The position numbers and the translations under genes are program-made. Shown here piece by piece: positions 1 to 12,940 of a stretch of DNA of 64,000 nt. Below the pieces are notes generated by a model, which worked only from the letters and a program-made list of their open reading frames with translations, had not been told where the DNA came from and searched no databases. Numbering within the stretch: the first letter of the stretch is position 1; every line of letters begins with the position of its first letter. The DNA is from Octopus vulgaris (Eukaryota), in assembly GCA_951406725.2 (NCBI GenBank), contig OX597835.1, positions 18,662,001-18,726,000 on the forward strand, given 5' to 3'.

Positions 1-108
1 CCTACTGTCACGTTAAATCGACAGTATACAACAATTATATCGCCCCATCACCGTATATATCTCTATGAGATATTTAGAAATTTAATATTTCTAAAGAAAA
101 AATATAAT

Positions 109-255
109 ATGAAAACTATACTTGATATTGATGCCACCGTAGAAACCATCAAGCAAATAGTATCTGCTAAAGCTGCCCGCATAGCGAGGTATGAAAAGCG
201 TGTTAGATTCCTCAAGGACAATATGTTAAAAAAAAAACCCAAAATTTTTTACAAT
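109..255 (+). mobile_element. Fragment of an R4/Dong-type (RLE) non-LTR retrotransposon ORF, region N-terminal to RT
   Basis: Translation ETIKQIVSAKAARIARYEKRVRFLKDNM..KPKIFY resembles the E.LKQ...A...RI.RY..R....QN......K.FY segment of R4/Dong ORFs (recalled motif). Confidence 0.55.
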
Positions 256-456
256 TTTAGATATTTTACCATCTGTACTCCTAATGGACAGTGTAGTATC
301 CTGTATCTCCTATTTAACTGATAATACTAAAATCGTTTCTGTCAAACCAATACCTATGTACCTGGACATTTACCACTATCTAAATGAGATTTTTTTTCTG
401 ATGTAGTCAAGTGAATTTATAGCCATGGAGATTTAGATAATTCATATTCATTACAT

Positions 457-650
457 TTGGCGGATATTTTTCCTCGTCTTGTTTGTTGTTAATACAACGT
501 TACGGCTGATATTGCCTTCAACCTTCATCAGGTGTCTTGGGGAAATTACGAACCTGGGAAATTTTCCCAAGACACCTGATGAAGGCTGGAGGGTATATCA
601 GCCGAAATATTATGTTAACAACAAACAAGATGAGGACAAATATCCGCTAA
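457..650. repeat. ~190-bp imperfect palindrome (inverted PLE pseudo-LTR fragments) with degenerate hammerhead cores on both strands
   Basis: 457-547 is the reverse complement of ~559-650. The plus arm reads GACAC-CTGATGA-A-GGCTG...CAGCC-GAAA; the minus arm has the same core with GAAA changed to GTAA. Confidence 0.8.
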
Positions 651-1033
651 TTGTAGTTAATGTAAATAATATACATAATTCCTCAACTCTTAAATATATA
701 ACTGTATAGAGATTTAAGTTTTGGGAGAATATCTAACAATATCAATTTATGACCAGCAACTAGAATTTAACTGTCAACTTCTAGTGTCTTAATACTGCAG
801 TAGATCTTTTGATAGTGATAAGAAGAGAGATTAAAAATTGTAGCAAAATTACGAATCACAAAACCGCCCACTATGTCTCGAAATTTGCCAGTCCAAAATT
901 GTAGTTGTTTCACTTTAAGCTTACTCTGCTACTTTAGAAGCAGCATGTAATTCTTTCCTTTTCTAGCTCTGATGAAATATTTGCGAAAAATTATAAGTTA
1001 ATATCCTGACTGGCGAATATATATTTTTCTATT

Positions 1034-1121
1034 TTGCAGCTGAAGACGGTGGTGTATTTCAAATTGATGTAATGCTTCTATTGTCCAATTGAATGGGGCT
1101 GCCTGAAACGGCCGTGTTGCG
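1034..1121 (+). ncRNA. Degenerate type-I hammerhead ribozyme (PLE-type)
   Basis: TGCAG-CTGAAGA-(C)GGTGGT...GCTGCC(T)-GAAAC-GGCC-GTG-TTGCG. It has the core, stem II with GU pairs, palindromic GGCC loop III and stem I TGCAG/TTGCG. The cleavage triplet is GUG, so it is probably inactive. Confidence 0.6.
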
Positions 1122-1200
1122 TTAACACCTCGACATCCTTGTTACTTATTTGCTATAGAGATATATAAATAAATAAACACACTCACACACGCACACATAT

Positions 1201-1308
<108 letters not shown>

Positions 1309-1310
1309 TC

Positions 1311-1368
<58 letters not shown>

Positions 1369-2241
1369 GAGTGTGTAACTGTGTATGTGTGTCCTTGTGT
1401 GAGATGCTGCGCATGTGTGTGCTTTCAGCGGTGTTTTCTATCTGTGTGAGTGATTGTGATAGAAACTTGTCCTTCATACACACGCACACTAATATATACA
1501 TGCGCATCTTAGTATCTATACATCTAAACATGTATGAACACATGCAAACGTATACATCATTATTTGCTCCTAATGACCTGACCGAAATACAGAGTCAAAG
1601 ACATCGACTCGAGAATTACTCGTGGAAACATGGCAGCAAGTTTTATATATTAATGGTGAAATCACAATTTGGTAGACTTGAGAAACTGTCAAGACATTTG
1701 ACAACGTAGTTTTAGAATTGAAATTAAGTATATTTAGTAGAATCCATCACAGTTGGATACTAGCGTCTTTGATATGTGAAAAGGTTAACTTATTCACGGT
1801 AATAATGCAGAGACAAGTCTGTATATTTGGCCTGTAGCAAGAATGTCCCTCGTAAATTCCTTATATTTGCATGTTATATGTATGCTTGCAGATAAAAGCT
1901 TTCAACAGCCAACGTCTATGAAGTTCATTGTGCTACAATATTTCTCATATTCTTTATTATTTAATAGATCTAGAGACACATATAAACACGGTTAAATGCA
2001 TAGAAATATATACAAAAGCAGTAATATAGCCACACACACACACAAACACACGCACACACACTTATATTTATTTTGTATATATATATATAGCAATAATAAT
2101 ATACAGGTATATATGCAGTTGTATGTACGCGTTTGTACAAATAATTATGCATATAAATAGTTGAGTGTGTATATATATATATATATATATATATGACGTT
2201 AAGTATATATATTCATTTATATATATGTAATATGTGTATGC

Positions 2242-2242
<1 letters not shown>

Positions 2243-2326
<84 letters not shown>

Positions 2327-2449
2327 AATCTCTCTCTCACTCTCTCTCTCACTCTCTCTCTCTATATATATATATTTATATATTACTCTCTTTGTCTTTC
2401 TTTATACATATACAGACAGGCAGACAGGTAGATAGATAGATAGACAGAC

Positions 2450-2508
<59 letters not shown>

Positions 2509-2523
2509 CAGATATATATATAT

Positions 2524-2568
<45 letters not shown>

Positions 2569-2585
2569 GAGATAGATAGATAGAT

Positions 2586-2666
<81 letters not shown>

Positions 2667-2667
2667 T
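2243..2667. repeat. Compound microsatellite: (CTAT)n, (CT)n, then complementary (GATA)n
   Basis: Read directly from the sequence. Confidence 0.95.
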
Positions 2668-2831
2668 AAAGGATGATTGAACTATTTCATAAAATGACTT
2701 ATGAATATTGAGTAAGTTTCAAACCAGTTTGAAGAGAGCAAGGAATCTCTTAAAATTCAACCGAATTCAGCACAAAGTGAAACTATGCTCACGGGTGAAT
2801 ACATCTAATTTGTCTCCGCGATGGTCGATGC

Positions 2832-2875
<44 letters not shown>

Positions 2876-2939
2876 ATAGATATATAATCTATACGCACAC
2901 CCAAAGGTATGCGTATAGATTATATTTATATTCTCTTCC

Positions 2940-3312
2940 ACTCTACGCACAAGGCCCGACATTCTTTTTTGGGGGGAGGGGGGGGGGGCTAGTCGATTAG
3001 ATCGACGCCAGTACGCAACTGGTACTTAATTTATCGAAACCGAAAGGATGAAATGCAAAATCGCCATCGCCAGAAGTTGAACTCTGAACGTATAGACAGA
3101 CGTAATACCTATTTCTTTACTACCCGCAAGGGCCTAAACACAGAGAGGACAAGCAAGGACAGACAAACGGATTAAGTTGATTATATCGACTCCAGTGCGT
3201 AACTGGTACTTATTTAATCGACCTCGAAAGGATAAAAGTCAAAGTCGACCTCGGCGGAATGTGAACTCGGAACGTACAGCAGACGAAAAACGGCTAACGT
3301 TTCTGCCAGTTT
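2940..3312 (-). mobile_element. Two tandem copies of tRNA-derived SINE family B (central GCCTTTCATCCTTTCGGGGTCGATAAA domain, Meta/MESC-like)
   Basis: Matches the reverse complement of 41081-41294, e.g. gaaaggatgaaa..caaagtcgacctcggcggaat. Confidence 0.85.
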
Positions 3313-3387
3313 GCGATAAATATACATATATATATATATATATATACACATCCATATATCTACATATACATACACACACACACACAC

Positions 3388-3485
<98 letters not shown>

Positions 3486-4084
3486 ACATATATATGTGTA
3501 TGTGTGTGTGATGATTGTGATAATGGACTCTCCCGTCTATTTTCGAGAACGAAATCTACCCTTTCTTACTTATAATATTTATATCGAATGTGACATTCGG
3601 GAGCAGCTAATAATTTGCAAAGAGTCAGATATTAAAAGTATGAGAATTACGGATCACTGCAGGCGGTATATTTCCAGCCTCTCCTTCCCCTTGCATTGCA
3701 CCCTTAAACCTGTTTTTGCCGGTTGAATCAATGTGCCTTATACTATTTTGAAAGGATGATCTCCAAATCGGTTTGCTCAAAAGTGTTGTGAAGTGTATGT
3801 ACGAATTGTTTTATTTATAAAGCATATTCTTTATCCCTTCTGCTTCTATCCAGTCTTGTAGTCGGCTGTTTTCATATGAACTGAAACCACTATCGCTTGT
3901 CGTGAGAGTGGACTACTAGAACATCATTTTCTCAAACCCGTCAGTGAAGTTATGTATGTTGAATTTCAGATATCATTTTGTATTTTGTATGGCGATTTTA
4001 TTTATATTTTGCGCGTCATCTTACTGTATCTCACTATATGTGTGTGACAGTCAGTGTATACGCTAATGTGTATATTAGAATATA

Positions 4085-5311
4085 CAGGTGTTCGACAAAA
4101 TAATGGAAGCACCATAATATTTCAAAAAAATTATTTCAATATGGGGTAGGACCGCCTTTGGCAGTAATTTTAGCTTAAATTCTACGAGGTATGGTCTCGT
4201 ACAAAGTTTGAATTTTTCCAAAGGTATTTATGTCTATTCTTCAGTTAAACAGTCTCCTGTACTTGATGATGGTGGAGGATATCGAGTCTTTATTTGTTTT
4301 TCTAAAATGCACCATTAATGTTCAATAATATTGAGATCTGGGGACTGTGGTGGCCAGCTAAGATTTACAACTTCACTAGAATGTTCCTCGTGCTATTCAG
4401 TAACAAATTTAGCTGTGGGAATTGGTGCATTATCATCCTGAAAGATTGCATTTTTCCCCCGGAAACAGTTCCGCAACCATAAGATCAATTTCATCAGATA
4501 AAATGCTTAAATAGTCTTGTCTCTTAAGTCTGCCATTGGGTGGATTTCCAAGATATAGCCCCGCAGATTATCACAGATCCTCCTCCATGTTTAGCAGTTG
4601 GTAGAAGGCAGTCTGGCTCACATGCTTCTTATGGCTGTGCCCACGCATATACTCGGCCGGTGGTCGGAAATACGGTAAAGGATGACTCGTCCGCGAAAAT
4701 AACATTCTTCCACTGCTCTAGGGATCAATTCCGTTGGTTTTTACTTCATTCTAGACTCTTTGCAACGTTTGTTTTTGAATGTAGTGGTTTTCTGATTGCA
4801 GCCCTCCCGTGAAATACGGTTTTGTGCGGCTTCCAGCGAAGAGATTTTGCGGAAACTGGGTTCTCGAGGTGGTCATTGAGTTCTGCACTAATTCTGGGAA
4901 CTGTACTTTTGTAATCGTCTTTAACAATATGCGTAACAATCCGATGGTCCCTTTCTGAAAGGTTTGATTTTCTTCCGGAGTTTGTGCGGCATTTCCCTCT
5001 TTCTCAAAGGCTGTCATTACTTTCAAGGCAATACTTCCTGATACCCCAAATATTTCAGCTGTTTTCGTTACGCTAGTGCCTGATGATGCAACATTTTGAA
5101 CTTTTCGAAAGTACGATATATCTATCATTCTAATGAATTTTAATTACCTTTTTCTGATGACATCTGAAAAGAAGGAGCAATATTAGCAACTCTTATTAGC
5201 AACACTGATAATAAATAAAAAAACTAAAAATAAACAAGCTTTTGAGGATTTTATAGATATTTCAAAATTATGATTTTTTCCATTAGTTTCCTTTATTTAG
5301 TCCAGCCCCTG
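4085..5311 (-). mobile_element. Full-length decayed Tc1-like DNA transposon with DD36E spacing (Incomer-like)
   Basis: TA flanks at 4083-4084 and 5312-5313. Imperfect ~26-bp TIRs CAGGTGTTCGACAAAATAATGGAAGC / CAGGGGCTGGACTAAATAAAGGAAAC. Minus-strand motifs WKNVIFADESSF, FQDDNAPI and WPPQSPDLNIIE, with 36 residues between the second D and E. Contains stops and frameshifts. Confidence 0.92.
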
Positions 5312-5690
5312 TACATACAATGTAGAATTCTCTGACTTCCGTGTATTTGTTATTGTTCCCCCACCAACTTATGGAAGACCCCATTGAATGCCTTTAAAAT
5401 GAAAGTGTCCTCTATAAGTGTCATAACATCTATTTTCACATGTCTTCAAAACAACTGCCAATAAGGTTCTCATTCAAATTGGGAAGCAACTACATGACAG
5501 AAAAATCGAGGTCTGTACCGTTGGAAAAGTGAACAACAGATTTTCCTACCCGTTCCTGAAAAGTTATTGGTTAACAGGATAGAATTGGGACAAGCTATGA
5601 GAAGTAATGTTTATAAGGGCATGTTCCTTGGTCTATTGGATCCATGTATTTCAATGTGGAATAAAAATCTTGATATTCCAGCTTATTAGA

Positions 5691-5902
5691 TACTCTTTTA
5701 CTCTTTTACTTGTTTCAGTCATTTGACTGGGGCCATGCTGGAGCACCGCCTTTAGTCGATCAAATCGACCCCGGGACTTATTCGTTGTAAGCCCAGTACT
5801 TATTCTATCGGTCTCTTTTTGCCGAACCGCTAAGTGACGGAGACGTAAACACACAAGCATCGGTTGTCAAGTAATGCTAGGGGGACAAACACAGACACAC
5901 AA

Positions 5903-5947
<45 letters not shown>

Positions 5948-6113
5948 CATATATACGACAGGCTTCTTTCAGATTCCGTCTACCAAATCCACTCACAAGG
6001 CATTGGTCGGCCCGGGGCTATAGCAGAAGGCACTCGCCCAAGGTGCCACGCAGTGGGACTGAACCCCGATACATGTGGTTGGTTAGCAAGCTACTTACCA
6101 CACAGCCACTCCT
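5691..6113 (-). mobile_element. tRNA-derived SINE family A (CORE-like domain, internal (TA)/(TG) tract, (GTAAAAGA)n tail)
   Basis: Head AGGAGTGGCTGTGTGGTAAG...GGTTCAGTCCC with A/B-box-like motifs, then CCTTGGGC. Near-identical to the copies at 15146, 16298, 43888 and 53825. Confidence 0.92.
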
Positions 6114-6618
6114 TTTCACGAATGATACACTAAATTTACATCAATCTAGGGCAGGTGTAACTGCCTCCCTGCCGCCTCCCAAAGAGTCTCAAATTTTCTG
6201 AAATGATCATCGTATATTACTTTTGAGTCCCTGATTTTAATTCCGTTAATTTAGTTGAGTGATCTAATTATATGTGTCGTTGAAAGGCGGATTTTCAACG
6301 AATAATATACTTCGCTCCAACTGGCAACGCGTGGGGGGGAATGAAGATTTTCAAATGCCACTGCGTAGTTGAGCCCATACTTCTCAATGAAGTATTGGAC
6401 AGAGAGGAAATAAAAGGTGAAAAAGGGGAATCTTGAACGCAGAGTGAAGGTAGGACCATAACCTAAATAAATAGCATTTGATCAATCTATTCAGGAGATG
6501 TCAAGGTAAATCTAGTTGGAATCTAAATTCAGATCATCGCAGAAAACTTACAAAGCCAGATTGAATAACCGACGATGCTCAATAACAATCACAACTACCT
6601 CTTCCAGTTCACCGCTCG

Positions 6619-6619
<1 letters not shown>

Positions 6620-6701
<82 letters not shown>

Positions 6702-6730
6702 TACATATATATATACATATATATATATAC

Positions 6731-6784
<54 letters not shown>

Positions 6785-6982
6785 ATATACATATATATAT
6801 ATATAAGTGTGTGTGTGTGCGTGTGCATATATACATTAATATATATATATATATATATATACATATATATACATATATACATATATATATACATATATAT
6901 ACACACACATGTACATATATATATATATATATTCATTTACATACATAAATATATGTATATACATATATATACAAATATACAT

Positions 6983-7029
<47 letters not shown>

Positions 7030-7270
7030 TTATATGAAGACTTACGCACACGTGCAATGCATACATACTCACGCTCATATATATTTATATATATGCAAAT
7101 TTATACATACAGATATACAAGTGCGTATATGAGATTGCATCTTATATATTTTCCTCATCTTCATATACACACACACATATATATATATATATGTGTGTAT
7201 ATACATAAATGTATATGTATATATGTATATAAATACAAACATCAACAAACATACATATATGCATATATAC
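6620..7270. repeat. Long degenerate (TA)n/(CA)n microsatellite field
   Basis: Read directly; it explains the IYIY-type ORFs here. Confidence 0.95.
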
Positions 7271-7911
7271 AGAGAGATAGATTGGTAGAAACATTGATAA
7301 ATATAGATAGAAACATATTTGCAAGGATATTTATTCATCTTAGATTCGCATACACACATAGAAACACAGTCGCGCACACACAAAATTACACGAATGCACA
7401 CACATATACACACACAGAGTCACATACACACACAAACATATAAAATATGTCATTTTTTTTCTCCCTCTTGAAATTTCTTCTGGAACTGAACAAAATAAAT
7501 ATTTAATCCCTAGAGCAATGAAAATTACATTCTTCTGTTTACATTGCATTGGGTATTTGTGTGTAATATTATTCCTTGTTTTGCTATTTTACCATAATTC
7601 TTTAAACATATTTCGCTGAATCTATTTACATATTTATCTTCAAATCTTCAATCAAGAGTTCGGGATGCCAAAAATTTCAAGTTTCTAGTAAAATTGCCTT
7701 TTTTTTTTTTTTTTACTTTTTATTGTTAAAAAAAAAAAATCAATAAAATCCGAATTACAATATTGCCAAATCGCAGAACACCATCTCCTCCATCACCATC
7801 ATCGACCTAATATAAACAACCAATTTATAAAATAACATTTGGAAGTCTGCTAAGTCATCGAGAATGATCTGCTTTCTTCGCTATAGCATACTTTTCTTCC
7901 TATTTCTCATA

Positions 7912-7957
7912 TTCCTCCTCCTCCTCCTCATCATCATCATCATCGTCATCATCGTTG

Positions 7958-8032
<75 letters not shown>

Positions 8033-8048
8033 ACGGCATCAACAACAA
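7912..8048. repeat. (CCT)n-(CAT)n-(CAA)n trinucleotide microsatellite
   Basis: Read directly. Confidence 0.95.
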
Positions 8049-8142
8049 CATAATTATCACGAGAAACATCATCTGTATCGTTGATGCTGTCATCATTACC
8101 TTGATTATGGTCAAAACGACTCTATGAATTACTGCGTGTTCT

Positions 8143-8565
8143 AAGATGTCGAGCTGGCAAAATGGTTAGCACGCCGGGCCAAATGCTTAGCGGCATTTCC
8201 TCTGTTCTTACGTTCTCGTTCGAATTCCGCCGAGGTCGACATTTCCTTTCATGGTTTCCGGCTCGACAATTTAACTACCAGTGAAACACTGTGGTCGATG
8301 TAATCGACTAGTCACCTCCCACAAAATATCAGGTCTTGTGCCTGTATTAGGAGAGATTATTACTGCGTGTACTAACGCACCGAGCGAGCGAGTCGCCAGC
8401 AATCCGTACCAAATGTACAGTAGCATTTTGTCCGACTTTCCTTCCCGTTCAAATTCCACTTTGGTCGACTTCCCCGTTCACTTTTTCGGAGTCCTTAAGA
8501 TTAAGCACAACCCAAGTCGATGTAATCATTTACCGTCGCCCATAAATTTCAAACCTTCTGCATAA
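8143..8565 (+). mobile_element. Two degenerate SINE family B copies
   Basis: gagctggcaaaatggttagcacgccgggc...gttcgaattccgccgaggtcgac, with a second more decayed unit from ~8380. Confidence 0.75.
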
Positions 8566-8581
8566 AGCGGAATACATTATA

Positions 8582-9170
8582 CTTTCCTACTCCAGGCACA
8601 AGGACCGAAATTTTGTGGGAAGTGGGCCAATCGATTAGATTGACCCCAATACGTAACTGGTACCTAATTTATATACCCCGAAGGGATGAAAGGCAAAGTC
8701 GACCACGTCTGAATTTGAACTCAGAACGTAGCGGCAGACGAAATACTTAGTTCTTATTTCTTTACTACCCACAAGGGGCTAAACACAGAGAGGACAGGCG
8801 GATTAAGTCGATTATATCGACCCCAGTGCGTCACTGCTACTTATTTAATCGACCTCGAAAGGATGAAAAGCAAAGTCGACCTCGGTGGAATTTGAGCAAA
8901 CAACGTAAAAACAGATTAAATGAGGCTAAGCATTTTGCCTGACGCGCTAACGATCCTGCTAGCTTTCCGACTAAATTTTTTCTTAAATTTTTTAACAAGG
9001 CCAACTACTTTGGGAGAAAGTGTTGGTTGATTGCATCCACCTCGATACTCAACTGGCACATATTTTTCGTCTCTGCGGTATAAACGCCAAAACGTCGATC
9101 TCAACGGAATTTGAACTCAGAACGTAAAGACGGACGAAATTCACACTCGGCGTGGTAATGATTCTGCCAT
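8582..9170 (-). mobile_element. Three head-to-tail SINE family B copies
   Basis: Repeated gatgaaaggcaaagtcgac..gaatttgaactcagaacgta blocks at ~8690, ~8860 and ~9100. Confidence 0.8.
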
Positions 9171-11579
9171 AGTATATTACTTCTAAATAATACGCTTACC
9201 TGCCATGTTTTGTTATTCCACACCGAAGGAGGTGCCTGCGACAGGACTTTGAACACACCTTACTACTTGTCACGATTTCAGCCTGGTAATCAAGGAAATG
9301 GCAGATATTAGCATCAAATCTATCCTCCCCTTCCTCAGAGTCCAACCGTTGCTCCCTGAGAATTTCACCGTTCCCTAAACTGGATGATCCTCAGGGATAG
9401 ATGTTTTGAAAGGATTCAGAAGGAATCTGAGACAAGAATCCTGCATATCTTCACGTTAGACAACTTCCATTCGCCCCTTTACGAAGTGGCTGGAGCGTTA
9501 CTGCCAATACGTTGAAGATAGAGGACCCTACTCAGATTAAAACCGCGTACATTTTGAAATTACAACTTTCCTGAAAATGTCTCAAATCTTCCGGAATGCA
9601 TCTCGAATCTACATTTACTCACAAATATATATTCAAACACATGTACACTTATATGTGTAGGAATAACTAATGCATTATCATAACTAATACATTTTCGTGA
9701 AACACGCAATGCTTAAAACAATATATATTTAATGGAAATTTAACACGAAAGGTTACTGTTTAGTTTCAATTAGGGCATCACATGAACACATTCCTTTAAC
9801 CATTTTTGAAATTTGCTCTTTTTTTTTTAGATATTTGTTGTTGAAAACAGCACCTTTAGAATTTGTTGAGAACTTCGGCGTAAACTATTTTGTACAAATC
9901 GTTTATTTTCTCAAACTCAAGCTAATGTGTCATTATAACCTCTTCGCAATTATGTAGCTCCGGACTTGTGTAAAATTTCAATTTACGTTTTGTTCGATGT
10001 ACGGAGAACGATAACACTTAGTTCATCTTCGTTCACTGAATCTTTTTCTTAGGAGGATTTTTCACTACCATTTGAAAAATTTAGTGTTTCTCGCTTGTTT
10101 TTTTTGTTTTTTTTTTTTGCTTTTTTATGACGCGTTATATTTCTTCTGTGGATTTTCGCTTCTTTTGCGTTTCATATTTTCGCCGGCCGTTCGTACATTT
10201 TCATCGGCAAATATAATTCCTTTGTCATAGCGTGACCAAAATACACAAACGGTGATTTGCCTTCTTCTGGGACGATGTATTTGCTAATCTATTTGTGAAT
10301 CTCAATATATTTCTTTGTAATCACCCAAGTTTTGTCTGTTAGTTCTGGTGGAAATTGTTATTTCATATTCTTTTCACTGTTGCTCTTTATTATTTCGCTA
10401 TATTCAATTTTACCAAACTTTACCAATCAGCTATAAGGATTACTAGACTCCTACAAAGTTAACACTTATATTTTCTATCCTGCACCACCAATATCAATCA
10501 CCTTTGCTTCGGGTTTTTCCTAACACACTGCTTCAGTAGGGTGACTAAAGTGCTTCCAAGTCCTTTTTTGAAGCCCTTCTTGTTTGGATGAACTTGTTTT
10601 TCTCATACGACAAAAGACTCCCACTGTGTCGCATCTGATGTCTCTTATTGTGACTCATGTGTTTCTTTGATATATTTTCTGTAGCAAATACTTAAGATTC
10701 AGTTATGTTTCACAAATTCATTTTGTATTCTCACCTCCTTTATATTTTCAACGTACATCAAAGTAGTCTCTCTCTTTTCTTTACTGAATCGAGAGAATTT
10801 CTCCTGATATATGCTGATCGACTTGTTGCCTGGCGGTAGTAAAATTTCAAAAATTGTCGAAGTGGAGTACAGCGAATTCGTTATGGAATAGAGAATCTAT
10901 TTTTTCGTTTGTTGAAAAAGCAATATTTTTTACTTACAACACATTTGCATAATAACAACAATATTAAATTTAAATATAATTTTTCATTTTGCCTATCTTT
11001 TTCGTATATAATTTTCCCCTTTACCTGTCTTTATCTTAGCTCTTACGAAAAAAATGTTTTCATTGTAGTATGATTTGCCTTTACACGACCGCTATCATAA
11101 ACAGATTATTTGGAACATTGTACGAGTAACTACTGCCATTATTCTTCTATTTCGAATTACTTATTTTAGTTTTGGGGGCATTTTCTTCTATACATTGTTC
11201 AGTTTCTCCTTCCTCTAGTACATATTTTTTGTTATGATTTTGTACTGTTTTTATATCATTTTCTTTTCTGTTTTTGAAATTCATGTGTTTAGACTTGTGG
11301 CATAATTATGTGGGGTTTGTTTTCGATGTGAAATATTTGTAATATTTATAAATTAAATGTTAATGTTATTGAAACATACGTATTATGTTTTTATGCTATC
11401 TACCCCGGGATATAGAAAACAGTATATTCTTAGGCAGTTATAATTATTTCAGGCAAACACACTTAAGTTAATGCTATAAGGTAAAACATAAATACATCGT
11501 GTCTCAAATGAAGGAAACGACAATTTTCACTACAAGAGTGAAATATAACATGTATAATGGTATTATAATTCTGATATAT

Positions 11580-12655
11580 TGCCATCGATTTTGAGACTCA
11601 ATGCTCAACTGGTACTTATGTTATCGATGATCGCTGGATGAACGGCAAGTCGACCTTGTAGCCATTTGTACTGAGAGTGAGAAGAAATATTGTTAAGTAT
11701 GATGTCTGAATCGGCATCTCGGCAATTTAAATGGATCCAAATTTTGGTACAATGCTACGTATTTTGGAGGTAGGAGATTATTCTATAGTATCGTCTAGTA
11801 GTCTCGTATATTATTATATTAAGCCTGCAGATATATAAGGTAGAGTGTAACCCCGATAGATTTTGAACTCTGAAGGAAAAGTGCCCGATTTAAAAAGCCG
11901 CTGAGAACTCTGTCTGAGGAGCTGACGTGTCACCCCGGTAACCGAATCAATAATAATGGTAATTCAGAAAATACTTTTAAAAACGGTTCCATATTTTGGC
12001 TCGAGGCAAGCAATTTGTGGAGAGGGGTTAAGTCGATTACCGGAACACTTTTATCGACACAGAAAAGAGGAAACGTACTGTCATTCTATGCGGAGTTGAA
12101 CCTAGATCGAAAAAAAGACGGATGGAATGCAGCTAAGCAATATGCCCAACGTGCTAACTATTCTGCCACCCCGGCGACTTAATTACTTCGAATAATGGCT
12201 TCAAATTTCGGCAAACGCCTGTCAGTTTCGCGGTTGGGGAAGAGTCGACTACATCGGCCCTAGTACTTATTTTATTAATCTCGAAATTATGAGAGGCAAA
12301 GTCGACTTGTACGGAATTTGAACACAGAATAAAAACAAAAGCAGAAAAATGCTAATAAGCATTTTGCCCGGCGTGCCAACAATTCTGCCTGCTCAGCACC
12401 CTAACTACATCTACCACTAAATAATGGCTTCAAATTTTGCCACAATGGCAGCCATTTTGGGGAAGGGATAAGTCTTTTACATCGACCGCAGTGTTTGACA
12501 CGTACTTAATTTATCATGAAAGAATGAAAGATCCTGAAAGAATGAAAGTCAAAGTCGACCTCGGAGGAAATTGAACCCAGAACGCAACGACGGGTGAAAT
12601 GCAGCTAAGCATATTGGCCGGCGTGCTGACGGTTCTAGCAGCTCGCCACTATAAC
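11580..12655 (-). mobile_element. Tandem array of ~5 degenerate SINE family B units (~220-250 bp period)
   Basis: Units begin atgg(a/c)t(t/c)caaattt(t/c)gg at ~11731, ~11985, ~12195 and ~12424, each followed by gtcga.tac / aaagtcgac / gaac..agaa / ttctgcc motifs. Confidence 0.75.
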
Positions 12656-12940
12656 TACATGTAATCTTAAATAATAATATCCATTGTTATCATCACTGCG
12701 CTTGTCATACAAGTGCATTGGGTATACATATCGTCGACAAAATCAATGTAATAACTATCGAAATCCTAATTACAAAAATCATAATAGCTTAGAGTTTATT
12801 ATTCCCATATCCTTTACAGCTATAATTACCAGTCCATAAACTCAGAGTTTCTATCAGTAACACCATAGCCATTGCATTAAACTCTGAAGGAGCATGTTCA
12901 ATGTTTAATTGCACTTCAATGCAGTTGGGGACTTTACAGT

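Noticed and set aside
969-990. CTGATGA-aatatttgc-GAAA as another hammerhead
   Set aside because: There is no stem II pairing, no stem III/NUH and no stem I complement.
11580-12655. Regularly spaced repeats as a possible CRISPR-like array
   Set aside because: The units are long degenerate SINE copies, not short identical repeats with unique spacers.
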